Source of the DNA: Thalassospira profundimaris
Lineage (GTDB): Bacteria > Pseudomonadota > Alphaproteobacteria > Rhodospirillales > Thalassospiraceae
Direction: 5' to 3'
Length of the DNA stretch: 24,000 bases
NCBI RefSeq assembly: GCF_003326755.1
Contig: NZ_JPWH01000001.1
Span: forward strand, 94,227-118,226
Part shown: one piece after another, positions 9,518 to 16,406 of the stretch
Position numbering within the stretch: position 1 is the first letter of the stretch
Layout: every line of letters begins with the position of its first letter
Translations under genes and position numbers: made by a program
Notes under the pieces: model-generated
Seen by the model: the letters and a program-made list of their open reading frames with translations, nothing else
Database searches by the model: none
What the model was told of the DNA's origin: nothing

Positions 9518-11373
9518 GCGCTTTCTCCGACCTGGCGCAGGGTTTTGCGCAAAATGTCATCGCGGCTGCCAAAGGCAACCTGCTGACCGTTCTGGATCAC
9601 GGTGGCGTAATTGACACAGGCCAGAATATGCGGCCGATGGGCAATCATCACCACGATCGCGCCGCGTTCCCGCAAGGCGACCACCGCCTTGATCAGGGCC
9701 TGTTCGCCATCGGCATCCAGGCTGGCATTGGGTTCGTCAAGCACCACCAGAAACGGATCATCAAACAGGGCCCGGGCCAGACCAATCCGCTGGCGCTGCC
9801 CGCCCGAGAGCACAATGCCGCCCGCGCCGATTTGTGTGTCATAGCCATTGGGAAAGGACTGGATCAGGTCATGCACCCCGGCCATTTTGGCTGCGGCAAT
9901 CACCTTTTGCGCATCGGGCCGGGCGGCGAGGCGGGCAATATTGCGCGCAATCGTATCCTCGAACAATTCCACGTCCTGTGGCAGATAACCCACATGCCGC
10001 CCCAGATCATCGCGCGACCAGTGCGACAGTTCCGCCCCGTCAAGGCGGATGGTCCCCTGCAAACAGTGACCAATACCGACAAGGGCACGGGCGAGCGTTG
10101 ATTTTCCTGACCCGCTGGGGCCAATCACGCCCAGGCCATCTCCGGCCTTAAGCTCCAGCCTTGTCACCTTCAATAAAACACGCCCCGTCCCGCTGCCGGT
10201 TCTGATACCGGTTTTACCAGCCGGTCGGGCCGACCGCACCGATGGCGCATGCACAGCCAGAGTTTGTACGGTCAAACTTTCGCACGGGGCGGGCAGGGAC
10301 AGGCGGGGTTGATCCCCCCCGGCGGAAAAGGCGGTTGTGTCCCTGAGTATTTTACCAATCCTGCGATAGGCCTGCCGGGCAGAAACAAATCCGCGCCAAT
10401 TGCCAATCGCCTGTTCCACCGGCGACAGGGCGCGTGCCGTCAGGATCGAGGCTGCCACCATCGCCCCGGGCGAGACTTCCTGCAAAATCGCCAGATACGC
10501 CCCCAGCGCCAGCACCCCCGACTGCATGGCAAGGCGAATGACCTTTATATAGGCGGTAAAGGTCGAGGTGACGTCGCCAGCGGCGGTGTTGGTTTGCAAA
10601 TAGCGGTCATTGACCATTGCCCAGCGGCCCAGAAACGCCGGGACCATCCCCATAGCGCGCAACACCTCGGCATTGCGGCGCCCGGCTTCCAGCAACAGGC
10701 TGCGCCGGGCGGATTGATGATTCAGCCGTTTGACATGACGGCGGGAGAGGATTTCGCTGATCAGGGTCAGGCCGATCAACACCGCCCCACCGGCCAGGGC
10801 CAGCACACCCAGCCAGGGATGCAATAAAAACACAATCCCCATAAAAAGCGGCATCCAGGGCAGGTCGCAAATTGCCACCGGCCCGGCACTGCCGACAAAC
10901 TGGCGGATCTGGTCGAGATCATGCACCGGCCGTGCCTCGGAGCCCGGATGATCCAGCGGATTGCTCAGGGCATGTCGCAAAACATCCGGCCCAGTCTCTT
11001 CATCCACACGCCAGCCGATCCGCACCAGCATCCGGGCACGCAAGGCATCGGCCGTGCCCAAAAACAGATACAGCACCAAAACCAGAATGGTCAGCGCCAA
11101 AAGAGTGGGCATGCTTTGGCTGGCCAGCACCCGGTCATAGACCTGAAGCATGAAAAGCGGGCCGGTCAGCATCAGAATATTGGAAACGCCACTGAGCGCG
11201 GCAACACAATAAAAGGCGCGCCGCAGCGACGCCATGACCCGCGCCAGAGATGACCCGGACGACCCGGACGAACCGGCAGCCCCGGACAAACCTGATGCGC
11301 CGGATGCCCCGACAGATGGGGCAGCGGAATAGGAGGAGGGGGAATAGGCAGCGGTGCTGGCACGCCAAAGCAT
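9514..11373 (-). CDS. Type I secretion ABC transporter, permease/ATPase, PrtD/HasD/AprD class (no C39 peptidase domain)
   Basis: 619-aa ORF. The transmembrane domain begins ...NILMLTGPLFMLQVYDRVL, typical of the PrtD family. ATPase motifs are Walker A GPSGSGKST, signature LSGGQRQRIGLARAL and Walker B FLVVLDEPNASLD. The first 46 codons are a Ser/Gly/Ala low-complexity tract, so an alternative start exists at Met47 (ATG ending at 11235). Confidence 0.93.
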   Translation of the reverse strand: MLWRASTAAYSPSSYSAAPSVGASGASGLSGAAGSSGSSGSSLARVMASLRRAFYCVAALSGVSNILMLTGPLFMLQVYDRVLASQSMPTLLALTILVLVLYLFLGTADALRARMLVRIGWRVDEETGPDVLRHALSNPLDHPGSEARPVHDLDQIRQFVGSAGPVAICDLPWMPLFMGIVFLLHPWLGVLALAGGAVLIGLTLISEILSRRHVKRLNHQSARRSLLLEAGRRNAEVLRAMGMVPAFLGRWAMVNDRYLQTNTAAGDVTSTFTAYIKVIRLAMQSGVLALGAYLAILQEVSPGAMVAASILTARALSPVEQAIGNWRGFVSARQAYRRIGKILRDTTAFSAGGDQPRLSLPAPCESLTVQTLAVHAPSVRSARPAGKTGIRTGSGTGRVLLKVTRLELKAGDGLGVIGPSGSGKSTLARALVGIGHCLQGTIRLDGAELSHWSRDDLGRHVGYLPQDVELFEDTIARNIARLAARPDAQKVIAAAKMAGVHDLIQSFPNGYDTQIGAGGIVLSGGQRQRIGLARALFDDPFLVVLDEPNASLDADGEQALIKAVVALRERGAIVVMIAHRPHILACVNYATVIQNGQQVAFGSRDDILRKTLRQVGESA

Positions 11374-11413
11374 GACTATTGGTGTTCCCGTGATTTGCCG
11401 GTAAGGTAAGGGT

Positions 11414-11445
11414 GGGTGTCGCCCATTTTGCCGTGCGCGACACCC
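11414..11445 (-). other. RNA hairpin (9-bp stem) in the hemophore-exporter intergenic region
   Basis: gggtgtcgc (11414-11422) is the exact reverse complement of gcgacaccc (11437-11445). The loop is 14 nt. Confidence 0.5.
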
Positions 11446-11459
11446 GAGCAGACCATACG

Positions 11460-11499
11460 CCCGTTCCGTGATGAGCCGTCGCGGAACGGGTTTTATTTT
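11460..11499 (-). terminator. Hairpin 13 nt downstream of the hemophore-like gene stop codon; possible attenuator or 3'-end stabiliser
   Basis: cccgttccg (11460-11468) pairs with cggaacggg (11482-11490). The T-tract ttttatttt (11491-11499) follows the stem on the plus strand only. On the coding (minus) strand the hairpin is preceded by an A-tract and has no trailing U-tract, so it is not a canonical intrinsic terminator for this operon. Confidence 0.45.
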
Positions 11500-11502
11500 G
11501 CC

Positions 11503-12231
11503 TTAGACAAAATCATTCTGGTCAATGGTTGCAAAATCAACGCCCGCCAGGGTCACGGTACCATTGGCATGGGTGATGACGGTGTGGCTGGAATCACCGC
11601 TGATGGTGACATCATTGTAATCCAGCCCGATCTGGTCGCTGCCATTTTCAAAATCGGTGATCGTGTCATCGCCAAAGCTGGCACTGGCATCGAATTCAAA
11701 AACGTCTGCACCGCCATTGCCGGTCAAAACGTCATCACCCGACCAGCCTTCAATCACATCAGCCCCGGCACTGCCGTTAATGGCAACACCCTGGGATGCA
11801 AAAATGTTGTCCAGGCTGTCGGTCGAACCGCCGCGCAAGTCAGCCAACACATCATTGGTGTCTGAATTTCCAAGATTGAGCCCGGAAATATCAACCGAAG
11901 AATCAGTGTATTCAGCAAGGCCCGTTGAACTGTCCACACTAAGCGTTTCGCCAAATGATACGGAATCGAGATTCCCAGAAACGGTGTGATTCATGAAGTT
12001 GTAACTGAATTCGCCGGTACCTGTTTCAGCAATAAAACCACCCGTATAGCTGCTGGCACTATCCTGATCATCAAGGGTGAATTGCTCACCTGTAAACGGC
12101 GTAGCGCCCCCGCGAAACTGGCAATAATTGCCAGAACCGGCAGAAAAGTTGGTATTAAAGTCATTCAGAGCGGCCTGCAGATCAACACCATTACCCGAAG
12201 AATCTGCCGTCAGATCAATTTGAATAGCCAT
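11503..12231 (-). CDS. Secreted HasA-like hemophore domain fused to RTX calcium-binding repeats and a T1SS C-terminal secretion domain
   Basis: 242-aa ORF with an AGGAG Shine-Dalgarno 8 nt upstream and no N-terminal signal peptide. By-eye alignment to Serratia HasA: [26 protein letters not shown]...[11 protein letters not shown] versus [29 protein letters not shown]...[10 protein letters not shown]. Residues 153-179 form three RTX nonapeptides: [18 protein letters not shown] and GNGGADVFE. The C-terminus ([21 protein letters not shown]...DQNDFV) resembles RTX-type T1SS target domains. The gene occupies the hasA position between the receptor and the exporter. Confidence 0.75.
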   Translation of the reverse strand: [242 protein letters not shown]

Positions 12232-12271
12232 TACTAACTCCTGTGATATGTGCTTCCCATCATCGGGAAGT

Positions 12272-12296
12272 AATAATGATTATGATTATCATTATT
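12272..12296. promoter_or_regulatory. Two overlapping Fur boxes upstream of the hemophore-like gene
   Basis: aataatgattatgattatc (12272-12290) matches the Fur consensus GATAATGATAATCATTATC at 16/19 positions. gattatgattatcattatt (12278-12296) also matches at 16/19. The two sites are offset by 6 bp and lie 41-65 bp upstream of the ATG at 12231. Confidence 0.8.
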
Positions 12297-12354
12297 TTGG
12301 AGTCAACAGAAAATATCGTTTTATTTCAAATACTTAATTAAAAAAGCACTAAGC

Positions 12355-12380
12355 AGTCGGCGACATATCTGTCGCCGACT
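12355..12380 (-). terminator. Perfect 11-bp hairpin downstream of the receptor gene
   Basis: agtcggcgaca (12355-12365) and tgtcgccgact (12370-12380) are exact reverse complements with a 4-nt loop. The hairpin starts 26 nt after the receptor stop codon. On the minus strand a U-run (from aaaaa at 12341-12345) begins 9 nt after the stem, so the geometry is not canonical for an intrinsic terminator. Confidence 0.55.
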
Positions 12381-12405
12381 TGATGGATACCCAATCTGGA
12401 AACCT

Positions 12406-15141
12406 TCAGAAATTTCCGCTTAAACTCACTGTGATGGTCCGACCTGGAGCCGGAACATAGCCACCTGTTGCGTAAGCCTCATCTGTCAAATTGTTCACGG
12501 AAAATCCCACACTCACCGCTTTGTCGACTTCATAGCTGCCGTAAAGATCATACGTCCGATAACGGTAGAAAATTCCGTTATCGACAGTGGTTGAGGATTC
12601 CGAAATATTACGCGACGGATAAACAAAGGTAGCGCGAGCCCCCAACACCAGATCTTCATCAAACAGGCGAACACCACCATCAACCGTGAATTTGCGTTTG
12701 GGCAAGGTGTAGACTGTCGAAATGCCCTGAATATTTCCGTAGCCCTGCGTATAAACTTGGGTCCCTGCCGGAAAATTCAAAGGAAAAATGACCGGATTGT
12801 AATCGCCAACCATATCTGTATCTGCCTGGGAGAAAGTCCCGCCGATGTAAAAAGTCCGGGCATCGTAAGAAGCTTCAATTTCGGTACCAGTAATATCAAC
12901 CGGATCATACAGATTTACAAAAGCTTCCGCTTGCTCTGAAACACAAAATCCGAAATTGCACCCTGGCGTAGGCTGGTAAACCTGCCCCAAAACCACATAA
13001 TTATCGATCCGCGTATGATATCGGGCAATTCTGGCGCGAAATCCGTCCTGCTTAAACAAAACATTGTCATACTTGAAATTGATACCAACTTCACGCGTGA
13101 CAGATTCTTCAGCTTTAAGATTGTTGTTTGGAAGAAATGCAATTGGCACGCCAGCAACATGTGAGCCTTTAATCATACTTTCCATGATTGAAGGCGGACG
13201 CATGTTTTCCCGATAACTTCCATAAAACTGGATACCGTCGATCGGTGTTACAGCCAGCCGGGCAGAGGGAGAAACCTTTTGACCATTCATATCAATGTCA
13301 ACCGGCGTACCACCCGTGTCACAGTTTTGATCTGCTACCGGTGTAAAAAAGCCGGTTTTACACCAATAAGACGTACCCCTTAGCTGATAACGATCAAACC
13401 GAAGCCCAGCCGTCAGCTCGAAGATACCATTATAGTCAAATGTCGCATTTCCAAACGACCCATAAACATCACGGCGACCACTTGGTGTTGAACCCTCGAG
13501 TTCATAAGCAGCCCCATTCGCCTGATTTCCTATAGACTCGGAAGACGTTTCCGCTTCATCGCGAAATGCTTCAACACCATAATCGAATGTAACATTGCTG
13601 TTCTCAAGTCCCGGATTATCCGGATAGACCCGGCTGGTATTTTCTGCATCAAACCCATAAGTATCAACACGATACAGTGTTTGATACGCCTTCGTATTGC
13701 TTCTCGGCGGACGATATTGGTTATTTTGGGTCCGCGTCCACCAGACGCTGCTTTTAAGATCAACAATTTCGGAATCAGGATTCCAGTGATGTTTCGCTGT
13801 TACAGTATGCGTCTCGACATCATTGAAATCATTATAGATATTGTTTGCGTCTGTCGTTTTGCCAAAGCTGCTGGTAAAACCAACATATCCAAGATTTAAA
13901 TCCTGTTCCTCGTTGAAATGAATATTGGCCTTTACCAACCCGGAAGTCTGACGTTGATAAGTATAAGCCTCATGCCCATTATCGGCTGATACGGTTGTTG
14001 GGGTCCCGCCACTATCAAAGGTGGTATAAAGGGCAGGATTATTTGTGCCTCCCTTATAATCACCAACCACTTTCCGACTTACGGCTGCCGCCATGTCAAA
14101 TTTTGGGGAAAATCGCATCCCGGCGGAAATATCACCGGCAAAATTATACTCGTTTGTCCCGCGACGGATATCATATTTGCCCCCCCATTTTTCGTCGGCA
14201 TCAAGAATATCGTCGGTATTCAAGGTACGCATGGTAACGATACCGCCAGAGGTTCCGGCACCGCCAACCCCTGACAAATCGGTTTTTTCCACAACAACAT
14301 CTGCCAATAAGGCCGTATCAACATACGCCGAGTTGGAAATGCCGTGACCAGACTGGTTGTAATTCTGTCGTGCACCATCAATATTCATGTTGACCCGGCC
14401 TTGATCCTGCTGTCCTCGCACATTAATCGACAGCCCGGGAACCTGTTGATTTCCATCAACCTTTACACCAGCCAGGGGTTCAAAAATATCTCCTGCCGTT
14501 CGGCCTGGAACTTTACGCATTTGTTCTCGCGTAATGACACTTGTTGACCCTGGTGTTTCATAAACCCAGTCAGGATTTCCCATATATCCCGGTTCATTCA
14601 TTGTTCGTGCCGAAATAACCACCGGCGCAGTCATGACGGCAGAAGATGACTGATCCATCTGGTCAGTCTGATGCGCCACAATCGACACCGTATGTGAATC
14701 CAGCACCTGCCATGTCAGGCCGCTACCACCTAATAAACGATCCAGCGCCTGGCGCGCCGTCATGTCACCGGCAAAGGCAGCCGTCAGGCGATTGGTCGGC
14801 AGGCTGCCATCAACCACCACATCAATGCCGGTGATTTTTGAATATTCCACCAGCGCCAGAGCGAGCTTTTGGGCCGGAATATCAAAACGGTACGATTGAT
14901 CCAGGGTACCACTTTGTGCCAGTTCATCCCTCGCAGGACGGGCATCTGCCCCCACATCGGTCCCCGCCAGTGCCCCCTGCGGGATAAATGCCAGCAAACA
15001 TCCGCAAAGCGCGGTCGCAGCAAGCGTTTGCGCCAAATCGCTGCGTCTTCGTCCCAATGTCATGTCCCCTGACACCAACGTCCGGCAGATCCCCACGGAT
15101 AGTCCATTTATGCGTCTCCTAAATATGCAAATGCTTCGCAT
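12406..15141 (-). CDS. TonB-dependent heme/hemophore receptor with an N-terminal signalling (STN) domain, HasR-like transducer
   Basis: 911-aa ORF. The STN-type extension spans about aa 84-150 (FDIPAQKLALALVEYSKITGIDVVV...ARQALDRLLGGSGLTW). A plug domain and a beta-barrel follow, ending in a terminal aromatic residue (...SLSGNF). A heme-receptor FRAP/NPNL-like pair with an intervening His is present: YRENMRPPSIMESMIKGSHVAGVPIAFLPNNNLKAEES (aa 643-680). A more plausible start with a signal peptide is Met27 (ATG ending at 15063; MTLGRRRSDLAQTLAATALCGCLLAFIPQGALA). Confidence 0.9.
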   Translation of the reverse strand: MRSICIFRRRINGLSVGICRTLVSGDMTLGRRRSDLAQTLAATALCGCLLAFIPQGALAGTDVGADARPARDELAQSGTLDQSYRFDIPAQKLALALVEYSKITGIDVVVDGSLPTNRLTAAFAGDMTARQALDRLLGGSGLTWQVLDSHTVSIVAHQTDQMDQSSSAVMTAPVVISARTMNEPGYMGNPDWVYETPGSTSVITREQMRKVPGRTAGDIFEPLAGVKVDGNQQVPGLSINVRGQQDQGRVNMNIDGARQNYNQSGHGISNSAYVDTALLADVVVEKTDLSGVGGAGTSGGIVTMRTLNTDDILDADEKWGGKYDIRRGTNEYNFAGDISAGMRFSPKFDMAAAVSRKVVGDYKGGTNNPALYTTFDSGGTPTTVSADNGHEAYTYQRQTSGLVKANIHFNEEQDLNLGYVGFTSSFGKTTDANNIYNDFNDVETHTVTAKHHWNPDSEIVDLKSSVWWTRTQNNQYRPPRSNTKAYQTLYRVDTYGFDAENTSRVYPDNPGLENSNVTFDYGVEAFRDEAETSSESIGNQANGAAYELEGSTPSGRRDVYGSFGNATFDYNGIFELTAGLRFDRYQLRGTSYWCKTGFFTPVADQNCDTGGTPVDIDMNGQKVSPSARLAVTPIDGIQFYGSYRENMRPPSIMESMIKGSHVAGVPIAFLPNNNLKAEESVTREVGINFKYDNVLFKQDGFRARIARYHTRIDNYVVLGQVYQPTPGCNFGFCVSEQAEAFVNLYDPVDITGTEIEASYDARTFYIGGTFSQADTDMVGDYNPVIFPLNFPAGTQVYTQGYGNIQGISTVYTLPKRKFTVDGGVRLFDEDLVLGARATFVYPSRNISESSTTVDNGIFYRYRTYDLYGSYEVDKAVSVGFSVNNLTDEAYATGGYVPAPGRTITVSLSGNF

Positions 15142-15207
15142 TATCTTTGTCTATCCATTATGACGAACTGAAACGTCAGATATCCGAAAGGAGGGGAAAC
15201 ATTTTTT

Positions 15208-15226
15208 GCAAATAATTTTTATTATC
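15208..15226. promoter_or_regulatory. Candidate weaker Fur box in the receptor upstream region
   Basis: The reverse complement gataataaaaattatttgc matches the 19-bp Fur consensus at 13/19 positions. It sits in the AT-rich part of the 229-bp gap between the anti-sigma and receptor genes. Confidence 0.4.
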
Positions 15227-15370
15227 AAAACAGAAAGGCAAAAAGGAGGACAAGGAACAGTTCTGTCGAAGGAGCAGGAGCAAGCCAGCAAGACGGGCAA
15301 TGCCAAAAACGGATGAAGAAAGGATCGTAAAAACCTGCTTATTGGGCCCAAAGACCCCAGCCACAGCGCA

Positions 15371-16318
15371 TCATGCGGCACGTAAAATGGTCAGATAGCG
15401 GCCGATCTGATCAACCTCGACATTCAGCGCCTTGCCCATCAACGGTAAAATATCGGCTGTACGGTCAAGATTAACCACCAGCGTCACAGGGCGCTTTTTA
15501 AGCTGTTCGCCCAGCACGATGATTTTCCCCGGTTGCCAGCGTTGTAAAACAGTTGCCACATGGGCCAGCGGATCTCCGACAAAAACCAGCTTCCCCTGCC
15601 GCCAGGCCAGCCGAACAGCCAGATCCACCGGACGTGGCATCCCCATATCGCCCGGTGCAAAAGACATGGCCTGGCCCGGCAAAATGCTGTGATGACCGGC
15701 ATTTAGGGTCACATCCAGCGACCCGTTCGCGGCGATCACGTCCCCACCCGCATCATAATGGGAAATGTCAAACCGGGCTGCTTCACGCGGCCGGGTGACA
15801 AGACCCGCCGCCTGAACAAAGAAGCCCGGCTGACGACCATCATGTTCAATAAAAACCTCGCCCTCATGAAGGGCAAGGCCGGTCTGCCCAAACTGGTTTT
15901 GCACCAGCGACAGCGATGTCTGACTGGCCAGTTCGGCCTGAATACCCGGCATGACGGTTATGTTGCGCCTCTCCCCCCTGGAAGCGGCAAAATCGGCAAA
16001 GGGATGATGGGGAATGATCCTGCCATACCAGCCTGCGGCCCCAACCAGACCAACCGCCAGCCCCGCCCCCAAAAAGGCCCTTCGGCCAAGGGTCCGTGCT
16101 GGTTCCGACATATCCAGGCTGGAGGTGCCAGCCCAAAGACGTTCGATGTCAAGAAAAGCCTGGCGATGGGTTTCATCGGCTTCAATCCAGCGGGCAAATG
16201 CCTGCCGGTCCTGATCCGTTTCCGCCCCGTCCAGCAGCAGGGCAAACCAGTAAATTGCCTGCTCGGAGACATCATCTGCCGGTGGATTTTCAAAGATCGC
16301 GTTGCTTCGTTCCATCAT
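15371..16318 (-). CDS. FecR-family transmembrane anti-sigma factor / sigma regulator (HasS-like)
   Basis: The N-terminal anti-sigma region reads AIYWFALLLDG...DRQAFARWIEADETHRQAF. A single transmembrane segment (AFLGAGLAVGLVGAAGWYG) is followed by a periplasmic FecR domain. The track ORF starts at a TTG at 16342. I place the start at the tandem ATGs at 16318/16315 (MMERSN...). Confidence 0.88.
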   Translation of the reverse strand: MMERSNAIFENPPADDVSEQAIYWFALLLDGAETDQDRQAFARWIEADETHRQAFLDIERLWAGTSSLDMSEPARTLGRRAFLGAGLAVGLVGAAGWYGRIIPHHPFADFAASRGERRNITVMPGIQAELASQTSLSLVQNQFGQTGLALHEGEVFIEHDGRQPGFFVQAAGLVTRPREAARFDISHYDAGGDVIAANGSLDVTLNAGHHSILPGQAMSFAPGDMGMPRPVDLAVRLAWRQGKLVFVGDPLAHVATVLQRWQPGKIIVLGEQLKKRPVTLVVNLDRTADILPLMGKALNVEVDQIGRYLTILRAA

Positions 16319-16406
16319 GCGTCTGTCCCAACTGCACAACAAACCCGCACATAAAGCAGGGCTTTTTCTTATGACGAAGCAGCCACGACAATATCCGAGG
16401 GGAATT

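Noticed and set aside
11503-12231. Reading the 242-aa RTX protein as an RTX toxin, a serralysin-type protease or an adhesin fragment
   Set aside because: It is too short for those families. It has no HEXXH or other catalytic motif and only three nonapeptides. Its N-terminal domain aligns with HasA, and the gene sits in the hasA slot of a Has-like locus.
15151-15381. 76-aa and 62-aa minus-strand ORFs in the gap between the anti-sigma and receptor genes
   Set aside because: They are products of translating the polypyrimidine tract. They have no Shine-Dalgarno, they overlap the FecR-like gene's stop codon, and their composition is implausible. The region is treated as a regulatory leader instead.
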